From Candidatus Marinamargulisbacteria bacterium (GTDB lineage: Bacteria > Margulisbacteria > Marinamargulisbacteria > UBA817): a stretch of 64,000 nt of DNA. The notes beneath the pieces are model-generated. The model was not told where the DNA came from. It saw nothing but the letters and a program-made list of their open reading frames with translations, and searched no databases. Made by a program: the position numbers and the translations under genes. The first letter of the stretch is position 1, and each line of letters starts with the position of its first letter. The DNA lies in contig JALQXX010000003.1 in NCBI GenBank assembly GCA_023262965.1, positions 3,996 through 67,995 of the forward strand. Reading direction: 5' to 3'. This document shows positions 9,596 through 19,687 of this stretch, piece by piece.

Positions 9596-11671
9596 ATGTA
9601 TGAAGTAAAACAAACAATAGCGGGGCGAGACATTATATTGCAAACGGGGGTTATGGCGCGCCAAGCGAATGGGGCGGTTGTATTACGGTGTGGGGAAACC
9701 GTTTTATTAGCAACAGCAACCATGTCCAAAACCCCCCGTCCGGATGCGGACTTTTTTCCATTGACCGTGGAATTTGTTGAGAAATATTATGCGGTTGGCA
9801 AGTTTGCCGGTGGCTACATTAAGCGTGAGGCACGTCCGTCTAAAAACGCAACGCTTATGTCTCGGTTAATTGACCGACCCTTGCGCCCTTGTTTTCCCAA
9901 AGGGTTTTATCATGATGTGCAAATTATTGTGACGTTGTTATCAATGGATGATGGGTTTCCGATTGATCATCTGGCTATTATTGCGGCTTCAGCGGCATTA
10001 GCGGTATCGAATATTCCCTGCAATGCCCTAATTGGCGCGGCCTTGGTGGGTGATGTGGCGGGTTCGTTAACGGTTAATCCAACGGTAGAGGCCATGTCGG
10101 ATTCATCCTTACACATGGTTATTGCGGGTACAAAAGATGCGGTGCTCATGATTGAGTCGGGGGCAAATGAGGTATCGGAAGAGCGTATCATTGATGCAAT
10201 TGAGTGTGGTCATGACGGCATTAAGGCCAGCATTGATTTGCAGCAGGCATTGGTGAATCAGGTGTCTCCAACCAAATACGTGTTGCCTGAACCCGCTGAT
10301 CACGGGGATTTGAATCAAAAAATAACCGATTTTTTGGGCACGCGTATTGCGGATAATCTGAAAAGTGGCAACAAGCATGTTATTGAACAATTTTTGTTGG
10401 ACTGCGAGGAATCGGTTATGGCCGCGTTTTCCATAGCGGACGATGATGACCACAACGCGGTTGTTGCCCAGGTATTTCAGGGTATAAAAAAATCCCAAAT
10501 TCGCCAATCAATTATTGAACAAAAAATTCGTCCGGATGGGCGAAAAACCACCGATATTCGCGACATCACCATTGCCTTGGATGTATTGCCTGCCGTCCAT
10601 GGATCCAGTTTATTTACCCGTGGGGAAACCCAAAGCTTGGGTATTGTGACATTGGGAACCGATGGAGACGAGCAAAACTCCGATGTGTTTGGTGAACAGG
10701 TATCGGAATCCTTTTATTTTCACTACAATTTCCCCCCATTTTCGGTGGGAGAGTGTGGATTTTTGCGAACCGGTCGGCGTGAATTGGGGCATGGTGAGTT
10801 GGCGCAACGGGCGTTGGCCCCAATGATTCCTTCACGGGAGACGTTTCCGTATGTGATTCGATTGGTATCGGAGATACTGGAATCCAACGGCTCCTCCTCA
10901 ATGGCTTCGGTGTGTTCCGGTAGTCTGTGTTTAATGGCCAGTGGTGTCCCCATTAAGGCCCCGGTATCGGGTATTGCAATGGGACTATTAATGGATGATG
11001 CCGGTAATTACACCATTTTGTCCGATATTCAAGGATTGGAAGACCACTACGGGGATATGGACTTCAAAGTGGCGGGTACTGCCGACGGAATTACGGCGTT
11101 GCAGTTGGATATAAAAATTGAAGGATTGTCCCGAGATATTTTGGTGGATGCTTTAGCCCAGGCCAAAGAGGGGCGTCATCATATTTTGAATAAAATGAAT
11201 CAGGTGTTGGCAGCACCGCGTGCGACACTTACGGATCGTGCCCCGAAAGTAGAAACCATTTATATTAAACCCGATAAAGTGGGTATGTTAATTGGCCCGG
11301 GCGGTAAGCAAATTCGAAAAATTGAAGAAGATACCAAGGCGGTTGTGTACGTGGTAGATGGCGACAAAGGCGAGGTGAGTATTGCCGGTAAAAACGGTGA
11401 TATTATTGCTCATGCCCGTCGCATTATTCTGGAATTGCTTAAAGATGTTGAAAAAGGGGAGGTGTACAATGGTCGTGTGGTGAAAATCATGAATTTTGGT
11501 GCCTTTGTGGAATTATTGCCTGGAAAAGAGGCGTTGTTGCACATTTCCAAAATTGCAGAAGAGCGTGTTAATAAAGTCGAAGATTACTTTCGTGTAGGGG
11601 ATCCGGTGAAGGTGAAAGTATTGGAGATTGATCGGCAAGGTCGCGTCAACGTCACTCGCGTACTGGACTAG
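9596..11671 (+). CDS. pnp: Polyribonucleotide nucleotidyltransferase (PNPase)
   Basis: SRLIDRPLRP, RRELGHG, ESNGSSSMAS, GDMDFKVAGT, KH and S1 domains. Confidence 0.98.
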   Translation: MYEVKQTIAGRDIILQTGVMARQANGAVVLRCGETVLLATATMSKTPRPDADFFPLTVEFVEKYYAVGKFAGGYIKREARPSKNATLMSRLIDRPLRPCFPKGFYHDVQIIVTLLSMDDGFPIDHLAIIAASAALAVSNIPCNALIGAALVGDVAGSLTVNPTVEAMSDSSLHMVIAGTKDAVLMIESGANEVSEERIIDAIECGHDGIKASIDLQQALVNQVSPTKYVLPEPADHGDLNQKITDFLGTRIADNLKSGNKHVIEQFLLDCEESVMAAFSIADDDDHNAVVAQVFQGIKKSQIRQSIIEQKIRPDGRKTTDIRDITIALDVLPAVHGSSLFTRGETQSLGIVTLGTDGDEQNSDVFGEQVSESFYFHYNFPPFSVGECGFLRTGRRELGHGELAQRALAPMIPSRETFPYVIRLVSEILESNGSSSMASVCSGSLCLMASGVPIKAPVSGIAMGLLMDDAGNYTILSDIQGLEDHYGDMDFKVAGTADGITALQLDIKIEGLSRDILVDALAQAKEGRHHILNKMNQVLAAPRATLTDRAPKVETIYIKPDKVGMLIGPGGKQIRKIEEDTKAVVYVVDGDKGEVSIAGKNGDIIAHARRIILELLKDVEKGEVYNGRVVKIMNFGAFVELLPGKEALLHISKIAEERVNKVEDYFRVGDPVKVKVLEIDRQGRVNVTRVLD

Positions 11672-11674
11672 GGC

Positions 11675-12928
11675 ATGTCCCCGGTCCAGCCCACCCATTT
11701 TTGCCACGGGGGTATTGATACCCTTGTGGCGCCGTTGCCATCGGCAGCATCGGTAACGGTATCGGTGTTTTTGGATGTGGGGTTGGTAGATGAGCCAACC
11801 CATGTGGGGGGGATCTCCCATTTTTTGGAGCACATGTGTTTTCGGGGGACGCATAAACGATCGGCTTACGAAATTACCAAGGCGGTGGATGATTTGGGGG
11901 GGTATGTGAATGCTTACACCACCAAGGAACTCACGTGCTATTACATTACCGTGTTGCCAGAGTCCCTGCCGGAAGGGGTGGCGATTTTATTCGATGCGGT
12001 ATTTGATTCGGTGCATGATGCCGCGAGTGTGGCCCTAGAAAAAGGTATCATTACCGAAGAAATTCATATGTACGATGATACCCCTGATGAAAAGATTATG
12101 GATGTATTGCAGGCCGATATGTTTCCCGATCATTATTTGGGGCGGCCTATTTTGGGAACCGCAGAGACGGTTGCGGCCTGTACATCGGATGCGATTAAGC
12201 AGCATTATGCCCATTATTTTGTGCCTGGGCGGATTAAATGTGTGGTAGCGGGGGCTTTTCACCAGCCACTGACGCAGGTGATGGATATCATCAAATCCGC
12301 TCAAGATCGTATTTTATCCCGTTGCAGGACAGCCATTGATCCGGTAGTGAGGCTAACCGCGCCAAAAGGCAATTTGCGGCGACATGTTGAAAAAGATTTG
12401 GAACAGATGCATACCGCTTATGGATTTAAGGGCGCCGCGTATCGGGATCCCAATGCCTATGCGGTGACTATGTTGGCCACGTTATTGGGGGGGTCTATGA
12501 GTTCGCGGTTGTTTCAGTCCGTGCGTGAAACCAAGGGCTTAGCCTATGCTATTTATTGTTCTGCAACGCGGTATAAGACAACGGGGTCGGTGATTATTTA
12601 TGCCGGGACCTCGGTGGCCAATGTGGCGCAGGCCGAAGCATGCATTGACCATGAATTGGATCGATTATGCCAACATGGTATCGATGATGATGAATTTAAC
12701 CGCACGTATTGCCAACTAAAAGGCCAAACCATTATTCAAATGGAGGGGTCGTCCGCATGGGCAAATTGGTTGGGACGCCAGTTAATCTATCAAACCAATA
12801 TGCGAACGATGGATGATCTCCAAACCGCTTTGCGGGGCATTCAAAAATCGACTGTGGAGTCATTGGCCCGTGATATGTTCGGTTCATCAGCGGGTATTCG
12901 GGTGTCGCTGGGGCCCTCTCGTCCGTAA
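11675..12928 (+). CDS. M16 family zinc peptidase
   Basis: HFLEH inverted zinc motif, NAYTTKE, SSRLFQSVRE..GLAY; conserved position after pnp. Confidence 0.92.
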   Translation: MSPVQPTHFCHGGIDTLVAPLPSAASVTVSVFLDVGLVDEPTHVGGISHFLEHMCFRGTHKRSAYEITKAVDDLGGYVNAYTTKELTCYYITVLPESLPEGVAILFDAVFDSVHDAASVALEKGIITEEIHMYDDTPDEKIMDVLQADMFPDHYLGRPILGTAETVAACTSDAIKQHYAHYFVPGRIKCVVAGAFHQPLTQVMDIIKSAQDRILSRCRTAIDPVVRLTAPKGNLRRHVEKDLEQMHTAYGFKGAAYRDPNAYAVTMLATLLGGSMSSRLFQSVRETKGLAYAIYCSATRYKTTGSVIIYAGTSVANVAQAEACIDHELDRLCQHGIDDDEFNRTYCQLKGQTIIQMEGSSAWANWLGRQLIYQTNMRTMDDLQTALRGIQKSTVESLARDMFGSSAGIRVSLGPSRP

Positions 12929-12980
12929 AACCGGCAGCGGGGGTTTGTTTTTCACGTGAATTTCGATTATTATTACCCGT

Positions 12981-13232
12981 ATGGAAGCGGATAAACCAAC
13001 ATCGGATGAGCAATTTATTTCAGATATTAAGCAAAGTATTCAGAATACAACCTTTCGGGCATCGGATAAAGTCATCAAGTCGGCCTATGCGTATTTGGTG
13101 AAAAACAAGTGTTTCAATCCCGATAAGGATGACGTTGTTAAAGCATTTTTTCTAAAAAAAATACCCAGTGTATTGGCTGTGGAGGTATCAAAGGAATTGA
13201 ATGGTGTGTTGGGATTGAATTTGGATATTTAA
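12981..13232 (+). CDS. Hypothetical protein (83 aa)
   Basis: Fills gap between M16 peptidase and nrdB; TATTAT 7 nt before ATG; no recognised motif. Confidence 0.6.
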   Translation: MEADKPTSDEQFISDIKQSIQNTTFRASDKVIKSAYAYLVKNKCFNPDKDDVVKAFFLKKIPSVLAVEVSKELNGVLGLNLDI

Positions 13233-13390
13233 CCCATATAGGCATCAACAGATTGGCAAAAAAAATCTTGAAATGAAGGCTGTTGCTCGGTATAGTTAGT
13301 GTATGAGTACAGTTCTTGTGGTCGTTTGTGTGTGGGCGTACCATGGGTTTGGATCATAGTGATCACTATAGCGTAAGGAGCGTGGTATAA

Positions 13391-14455
13391 ATGCCAGTCG
13401 GTAATAAAATGTTTCAAGGTGAGTTTAGTGAGGTGGCTGAAATGTCCAATCAGCACATTATCAATAAGCGTCGCATTATTAATGGGTATGATGATGGATT
13501 GCTTCAGGCATCCCCGTTGAAGCACCCCTGGGCCCGGGATATTTTTAAGGGCATGCAAAAAAATAACTGGGTAGCTGAAGAGATATCGTTTCAAAAAGAT
13601 AAAGAGCAATGGGAGGGGAATGCCTTAACAGGACAGGAGCGGGAGTGTTTTTTGCGTGCCCTGGCCTTTGCCTCCAATTTGGATGGCTTATTGGTCAATT
13701 CTTTGTCGGAGGTTATCAAGCCGCACATTACATCGCCGGAAGTGGTATTGGCGATTGCGCGGCAAATTTACGAAGAGTGTTTGCATGTGGATAGTTATTC
13801 ATGCATGGTTGAGGCGGTCGGCTTGGATCCGGAGTTGGTGTATGGCTTATACCGCAAAGACAAGCATTTGTTTTACAAAAATAAGCGTGTGTTGGAGTCC
13901 ATGTATCGGATTAATCGTCCTGATTTTTCCACCAAATCCCTAGAAGGCGCTCAGGAGTTTGTTGAGGCCTGTTCCACCAACTTGATTTTTGAGGGCATCT
14001 TCTTTTTTAGTGCCTTCTTGGTGTTTTACAACTTTGGTCGCCACAACAAAATGCCGGGCAGTAAAGAGATGATTCAATTCATTAATCGAGACGAGGATTT
14101 GCATGTTCGATTGTTTGTGAACATTATCAATACCATTAGACAGGAGCAGCCGGAGGTGTGGACAGCGCCCTTGCAGGCGCAGATTCGCCGCAATATTCTG
14201 GATGCGGTGGATATGGAGATTGAATGGGGTATTTCCTGTATTGGGGATGGCATTTTGGGCATTACACCCGTTATGTTAACCGACTATATTCGCTTTATTG
14301 GGGACATGCGTTTGTCAGCAATTGGGTTGGAGCCGGCGTTTAATGTCAGCAATCCCTTTCCATGGTTGGATGAATTTACTCAGAACAATATGATTGAAAC
14401 GAACTTTTTTGAAGGGACGGTCCGTGAATACCAATCCGGCAGCTTGGAATGGTAA
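13391..14455 (+). CDS. nrdB: Ribonucleotide reductase class I beta (R2) subunit
   Basis: Di-metal ligands LDG, EECLH, EGIFF, RDEDLH; radical Tyr in HVDSY; C-terminal ETNFFE...EY. Confidence 0.95.
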   Translation: MPVGNKMFQGEFSEVAEMSNQHIINKRRIINGYDDGLLQASPLKHPWARDIFKGMQKNNWVAEEISFQKDKEQWEGNALTGQERECFLRALAFASNLDGLLVNSLSEVIKPHITSPEVVLAIARQIYEECLHVDSYSCMVEAVGLDPELVYGLYRKDKHLFYKNKRVLESMYRINRPDFSTKSLEGAQEFVEACSTNLIFEGIFFFSAFLVFYNFGRHNKMPGSKEMIQFINRDEDLHVRLFVNIINTIRQEQPEVWTAPLQAQIRRNILDAVDMEIEWGISCIGDGILGITPVMLTDYIRFIGDMRLSAIGLEPAFNVSNPFPWLDEFTQNNMIETNFFEGTVREYQSGSLEW

Positions 14456-14459
14456 AGTG

Positions 14460-14488
14460 TTGAAACCAACTTTCAAAAGTGGTACCAT
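14460..14488 (+). promoter_or_regulatory. Putative sigma70 promoter with overlapping inverted repeat
   Basis: TTGAAA(14460-14465)-17 nt-TACCAT(14483-14488) with extended TG; TTGAAA-N5-TTTCAA dyad covers the -35. Confidence 0.5.
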
Positions 14489-14514
14489 AAATTCTACAAT
14501 TACTGGAGGTAAAT

Positions 14515-14724
14515 ATGGCAGTCGTATTTTATAATGTGCGAAAGCGAAAGCGCGTATCGATTGATGAATCGGAGCTTAGCAAGTGTACATATCCTCGTGA
14601 AACCAGCAAGGGACTCCAGTTACGCTATGCGTTTAAAGCACACGACAATGATGGAATGAGCTTAACAAAGTTTGTAACCAAAGAACATTACGATAGTGTG
14701 GATGCCCCCATTGTAGATCGGTGA
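14515..14724 (+). CDS. Small protein with basic N-terminus (69 aa), possibly CC1-like DNA-binding protein
   Basis: Strong SD GGAGGT and own promoter; VFYNVRKRKRV...RETSKG...RYAFKA...G..LTKFV. Confidence 0.7.
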   Translation: MAVVFYNVRKRKRVSIDESELSKCTYPRETSKGLQLRYAFKAHDNDGMSLTKFVTKEHYDSVDAPIVDR

Positions 14725-14758
14725 TATCTAAGGTGGGGACGATATTCTGTATGCTTGT

Positions 14759-15577
14759 ATGAAAACCATTTCTAAATCCGTTACACTCACTGGCGAGGCC
14801 TTGCATTCGGGGAACTTAGTGGTTATAACGATTGCGCCTTCGTCGAAAGAAGGTATTCGGTTTATTTACAATCACGACGTTGTTGATATAACGGTGGACG
14901 CCTTGGTGGATGGCACTGAGCGGGCTACCCAAGTAACCAACGGTGTGACAACCATTAATACACCGGAGCATTTTTTGTCGGCCTGTTATGCGCTATCGCT
15001 AACCAATATTGATGTTACGCTGAGTCACGACGAATTTCCGATATTGGATGGCAGTTCTCGGGGCTTTATAGCCGCTTTGTTGCCGTTGTGTGTGGACGCT
15101 CCGGAAGAGGATGTGCGTCCGGAGTACTGTGTCAAAGCGGACATGGGCTGGCGGTCGCACCGCTCGGAGTATCACGCCTTTCCCTACGATGGTCTGCGTA
15201 TTGATGCGATTGTGTCCTACCCAAGCCGATGGGTCCAAACGGTTGCGTATCACTACATTCATTCCTTGGATGCGTATCAGCGCGAGATTGCGTCGGCGCG
15301 AACGTATGGCTTTACGGATGAATTGGAGATGTTGCGCGAGAAAGGGTTGGCTCAAGGGGGTAATTTGGGGAATGCCTTGATCATAACGGATACCGGTTAT
15401 ATGAATGAACCGCGATTTCCGGATGAGATGGTGCGCCATAAGATATTGGATTTTATAGGGGATATGGCGGTTGTTTTTGGCTCCATTAAAGGCCATTTTG
15501 TGTTGGTACGCCCCTCCCATCATGGCAATGCTGTTGTGGCAAAATCAATGTGGCAGCATCTGAACCGTCTGTATTAG
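14759..15577 (+). CDS. lpxC: UDP-3-O-acyl-GlcNAc deacetylase
   Basis: G.ALHSG, TPEHFLSA, PILDGSS, IASARTYGF, RHKILDFIGD. Confidence 0.93.
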   Translation: MKTISKSVTLTGEALHSGNLVVITIAPSSKEGIRFIYNHDVVDITVDALVDGTERATQVTNGVTTINTPEHFLSACYALSLTNIDVTLSHDEFPILDGSSRGFIAALLPLCVDAPEEDVRPEYCVKADMGWRSHRSEYHAFPYDGLRIDAIVSYPSRWVQTVAYHYIHSLDAYQREIASARTYGFTDELEMLREKGLAQGGNLGNALIITDTGYMNEPRFPDEMVRHKILDFIGDMAVVFGSIKGHFVLVRPSHHGNAVVAKSMWQHLNRLY

Positions 15578-15843
15578 GCGGTTTTGCGTTTCATATTGTG
15601 GATGATGTTCAATGCGGCTTCACGCTGATCATCGTCCTTCATCACCATATCGTGTAGCGCATGCACCAGTTTCAAATCGTCCTCCGATAAGGTTTTTCCT
15701 ACAATCCCCTCCAATTTCAAGGCCAGCAAAATTAAGGTGGAGACGACCTTACGATCATCATCCTCCAAATGGGGCAACACACGCTCAATCGTGGCGACAA
15801 ATCGATCGTATTGCTGTTGTTTTTTTGGAAGTAATCCGGTCAT
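15574..15843 (-). CDS. Hypothetical helical protein (89 aa)
   Basis: ATGA-overlap coupling with upstream ArsR gene. Confidence 0.6.
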   Translation of the reverse strand: MTGLLPKKQQQYDRFVATIERVLPHLEDDDRKVVSTLILLALKLEGIVGKTLSEDDLKLVHALHDMVMKDDDQREAALNIIHNMKRKTA

Positions 15844-16112
15844 TGCGATACCAGCGTCTTAGCATCCTCAATCAATGCCATAAATGAGTGATAATGAATG
15901 GAATAAAACACGTGACGTCCTTTCTTATAGGCTTTGACAATACCCGCACGACGTAGGGTATTTAAATGATGGGATGTTGTGGATTGTTGTAAGAAAAAAT
16001 GCTTCTCAATATCTTGAGCGCACATTTCATTGTGGGTGTGTAGTAGTTGTACAATTTTTAAGCGATCTTCATTAGCGAGTGCTTTAAAAAAGTGAAGACA
16101 GTTATGATTCAT
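15840..16112 (-). CDS. ArsR/SmtB family transcriptional regulator
   Basis: FFKALANEDRLKIV...QSTTSHHLNTLRRAGIV...GRHVFYSI; start ATG 16112 overlaps serS end. Confidence 0.9.
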   Translation of the reverse strand: MNHNCLHFFKALANEDRLKIVQLLHTHNEMCAQDIEKHFFLQQSTTSHHLNTLRRAGIVKAYKKGRHVFYSIHYHSFMALIEDAKTLVSQ

Positions 16113-17355
16113 GTGTGATGACCTCCAATTCCATATACCCTTGCAATGCGTTGGGTATGTAGACATTGCCGGATGCATCCTGATAATTCTCAAGAATCGC
16201 CGCCATTGTTCGACCCACGGCTAGGCCCGACCCATTCAAGGTATGCAGGTAACGGACCGATCCATCGGCATGTCTATACCGTATTTTCGATCGAATCGCT
16301 TGAAAGTCAAGGAAATTGGAGCAGGATGATATTTCGCGGTACTGATTTTGGGCGGGCAACCAGACTTCCAAGTCAAATGTTTGGGCGGCGGAAAACCCGG
16401 TATCCCCGCTACACAGTGCCACCACCCGGTAGGGCAACTCCAGCCGTTGTAAAATGGTTTCAGCGTGGGATAATAGGGTCATCAAGTGGTCATTGGAGGT
16501 CTCCGGGGTGACCAGTTGGACCAGCTCCACCTTGTTAAATTGATGCAATCGAATCAGGCCTTTCATATCGGTGCCGTAGGATCCCGCCTCTTTGCGAAAG
16601 CAGGGGGTAAACGCGCAGTATTTGAGGGGGAGGTCGGCGGCTGATAGGATTTCATTGGCATGGAAGTTGGTTAATTGCACCTCGGCGGTGGGGCTTAGCC
16701 AGTAATCGTTGTCCACGTGGTATTGATCGTCTTTGAACTTGGGTAGCTGACCGGTGCCTTGTAGGGCCGCGGTATTAATGAGTACGGGGGGGGATAGTTC
16801 GCAGTACCCAAAGTCGTTGACATGGGTATTGAGCATAAAGGTGGCAATAGCACGTTCCAGCCGGGCCCCCAATCCCTTAAAAATGGCGAACCGGGATCCG
16901 GCAATTTTGGCGGCCCGATCAAAGTCAATGATGCCCAAATGCGTGGCCAATTCGTCGTGAGACTTGGGGGGGAAATCCCGTTGTTGCGGGGTTCCAACGG
17001 TACGAATCACGCGATTATGGCGGTCGTCCGGCCCAATGGGTACATCGGGCGTTAGAATATTGGGGATTTGCATGGCCAATGCCCGTCGGGCCTCGTCGAG
17101 GTCATTGACCTGTTGTTGACGGGTTTTAATGGTGGCCGATAGGTTGGCCAAGGCCTCCCGTTGGTGGGGGGTGGGGGCTCCTTTGGGAACCGACTGGTTG
17201 CGTTCGGCTTTTAAGGCGTCTAGGGCCTGATTTTCCCGACGCCAGGTAGCGTCCAGGTCCTGCAGTTGGTGGAGTAACGATACATCGGCGTTTCGGTTCG
17301 TTAATGCGGCTTCAACCACCTCGGGGGTGTCACGGAGTATGCGGGGGTTAATCAT
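16102..17355 (-). CDS. serS: Serine--tRNA ligase
   Basis: LSPTAEV, CFRKEAGSYG, GLIRLHQFNKVE, EISSCSN, HTLNGSGLAVGRT; start trimmed to MINPRIL. Confidence 0.97.
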   Translation of the reverse strand: MINPRILRDTPEVVEAALTNRNADVSLLHQLQDLDATWRRENQALDALKAERNQSVPKGAPTPHQREALANLSATIKTRQQQVNDLDEARRALAMQIPNILTPDVPIGPDDRHNRVIRTVGTPQQRDFPPKSHDELATHLGIIDFDRAAKIAGSRFAIFKGLGARLERAIATFMLNTHVNDFGYCELSPPVLINTAALQGTGQLPKFKDDQYHVDNDYWLSPTAEVQLTNFHANEILSAADLPLKYCAFTPCFRKEAGSYGTDMKGLIRLHQFNKVELVQLVTPETSNDHLMTLLSHAETILQRLELPYRVVALCSGDTGFSAAQTFDLEVWLPAQNQYREISSCSNFLDFQAIRSKIRYRHADGSVRYLHTLNGSGLAVGRTMAAILENYQDASGNVYIPNALQGYMELEVITHES

Positions 17356-18217
17356 GCAGGTGATACCGTCCGTAATGGCCCAAGAATCGAAAAAACAGCG
17401 ATGCGGCTTTAAGCTCACGGCATAGGCCATCGCGATCCGCAATGGTGTGGCCTGCCATCGAAAATTCTACATAAAAAATATACGCCCCGGGCCGATTTTT
17501 GTTGGGACGCGATAATATTTTGGTCATGTTCATATTATAGTTGTGAAACAGTGTTAGTGCACCTACCAAGCTGCCGGGTTGATCGTGGGGCGTTGAAAAC
17601 GCAACCATGGCCCGGACATCCATATCGATGGGGGATGACGGGGGCGCCGTTATTTTTTCAATAAAGCCAAATTCCGTGGCATTGTGATTATGATCGTGAA
17701 TGGCGTCGTGAATAACCACACAATCATGGTAATCGCACAAGCCTTTGTGGCCAATAAGGGCTGTTGTGGCAATCGGTAATTGCAAATCGGTTAATCGGGT
17801 CAATGCGGCGGCGGTGGATGACGAATGATGCACGGTGGCATGGGGAAAATGGCGATGAATAAAGCCATGGCACTGCGCAATGGCGTGGGGCATGGATATG
17901 ATATCGGTGATATCGGTTATCTGAAGCGTGGGGTTACAGCTGATTAAGCTTTGGTGAATGGGCATGGTATACGATGCGGTAATGGCCAAATCCTCGTAAT
18001 CCACCAAGGCATCCAATACGGGATTCACGGGGCCTTCGATGACGTTTTCAATGGGGGAAAAAATACCCGAAACGGTGTCGCTGGCCAAGGCCTCAAACAA
18101 TGTGGGGAAGGTATGAAATAGGTGAACGGGCAGATGGCTACAATCGCGTAATGGGGCGGCTTGCTGATAGGCGTAATCGGTAAAGGTGCCCTTGGGACCA
18201 AAACAGCCAATGGTCAT
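17348..18217 (-). CDS. pheA: Prephenate dehydratase (with ACT domain)
   Basis: GPKGTFT, PIENVIEG, PHAIAQC, PGSLVGAL, NMTKILSRP. Confidence 0.9.
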   Translation of the reverse strand: MTIGCFGPKGTFTDYAYQQAAPLRDCSHLPVHLFHTFPTLFEALASDTVSGIFSPIENVIEGPVNPVLDALVDYEDLAITASYTMPIHQSLISCNPTLQITDITDIISMPHAIAQCHGFIHRHFPHATVHHSSSTAAALTRLTDLQLPIATTALIGHKGLCDYHDCVVIHDAIHDHNHNATEFGFIEKITAPPSSPIDMDVRAMVAFSTPHDQPGSLVGALTLFHNYNMNMTKILSRPNKNRPGAYIFYVEFSMAGHTIADRDGLCRELKAASLFFRFLGHYGRYHLHD

Positions 18218-19485
18218 TAACGGTTGGGGTAAATGGGATGCTTGGTGCAGAGTGTTGTCACCATAGCACGGGCGTTGTCTAATACGGCGGGGTTTTCGGG
18301 GTCCTGCAAGACCATATGAATAATATCCACAACGGTGTCAACATCGCTGGTGGTAAATCCACGGGTTGTAATCGCCGGTGTTCCAAACCGCATTCCCGAT
18401 GTAACAAAGGGGCTTTCGGTATCAAAGGGAACGGCGTTTTTGTTGGCCGTAATGTGGACGCTATCCAATACGGCTTCGGCAAATTTACCGGTTAAGCCTT
18501 GCGGGCGAAAGTCTACTAAATTTAAATGGTTATCGGATCCGTTGGTTAACACTTTAAATCCGTGGGATACAAATCGCTTGGCCATGGCTTGTGAATTGGC
18601 TACAACGTTGCCTTGGTAGGTTTTAAATTCGGGGGTTAGGGCTTCTTTAAACGAAACCGCTTTGGCGGCAATCACATGCATGAGCGGCCCGCCTTGATTG
18701 CCCGGAAACACAGACTTGTTGATTTTTTGAATCATGTCCGGATTGTTGGTTAAAATAATGCCGCCCCGGGGACCACGGAGTGATTTGTGGGTGGTGGATG
18801 TGACAACATCGGCATGGGGAACGGGCGATGGGTGGTGGCCACTGGCGACCAATCCGGCGATGTGCGCCATGTCGACCATAAAATAGGCCCCAACCGATTT
18901 AGCGATGGCGGCCATTGCTTCAAAATCAATGATTCGGGGATAAGCGGATGCGCCACCAATAATGAGTTTGGGGCGATGCGTCTCGGCTAATCGAGCGAAT
19001 TCAGCCATGTCCAATTCCTCGGTATCGCGATTAATCCCATAGGGCACAACGGTATAAAATTTTCCTGAGAAATTTACGGGAGACCCGTGGGTTAAATGCC
19101 CGCCTTGCGATAAATCCATCCCCATAATGGTGTCGCCGGGGTTGAGTAAGGCTGTAAATACCGCTACATTGGCTTGAGCACCGGAATGGGGCTGAACATT
19201 GGCGTAAGTGGCGTTAAATAGGGTGCAAACCCGTTCGATGGCCAGGCGTTCAATACCGTCAACGTGTTCACAGCCCCCGTAGTAGCGTTTGCCGGGTAAT
19301 CCCTCGGCGTATTTGTTGGTTAAGCAGGAGCCTTGAGCGTTCATGACGGCTAAGGAGGTGATGTTTTCGGAGGCGATTAATTCAATACTATGTTGCTGAC
19401 GATCCCATTCTTGTTCAATTAACGTGTGAATTTCGGGGTCTTGGGTGTGTAAATAAGGTAAACGATGGTTTAATTGTGTTGTCAT
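18217..19485 (-). CDS. glyA: Serine hydroxymethyltransferase
   Basis: [34 protein letters not shown]. Confidence 0.98.
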   Translation of the reverse strand: MTTQLNHRLPYLHTQDPEIHTLIEQEWDRQQHSIELIASENITSLAVMNAQGSCLTNKYAEGLPGKRYYGGCEHVDGIERLAIERVCTLFNATYANVQPHSGAQANVAVFTALLNPGDTIMGMDLSQGGHLTHGSPVNFSGKFYTVVPYGINRDTEELDMAEFARLAETHRPKLIIGGASAYPRIIDFEAMAAIAKSVGAYFMVDMAHIAGLVASGHHPSPVPHADVVTSTTHKSLRGPRGGIILTNNPDMIQKINKSVFPGNQGGPLMHVIAAKAVSFKEALTPEFKTYQGNVVANSQAMAKRFVSHGFKVLTNGSDNHLNLVDFRPQGLTGKFAEAVLDSVHITANKNAVPFDTESPFVTSGMRFGTPAITTRGFTTSDVDTVVDIIHMVLQDPENPAVLDNARAMVTTLCTKHPIYPNR

Positions 19486-19687
19486 ATTAGTACTCCAGAC
19501 TATAAGAGTAGCATAATTGACGGGTGGTGTATAGGGAAGGTCTTTTGAGGGATTAAAAAATAAAAAGATATTTTATAAATTAAAAATACATCAATATTAA
19601 TATATTTAATTTTTTTTGTACGCAATGTGCAGCGCTCGCCAAAATGCACATTGTATCAACCCCCATCCACGTGATTAAATAACAATC

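Noticed and set aside
12948..12963. parS-like site (TTTTTCACGTGAATTT)
   Set aside because: Only 12/16 match to TGTTTCACGTGAAACA, single copy, no parAB nearby.
13391..14455. Class Ic or metal-free R2 variant
   Set aside because: The radical Tyr (HVDSY), the first-ligand Asp and all carboxylate/His ligands are present.
19486..19687. oriC, or a ZTP/T-box riboswitch
   Set aside because: No DnaA boxes, no dnaA nearby and no recognisable riboswitch or T-box motifs.
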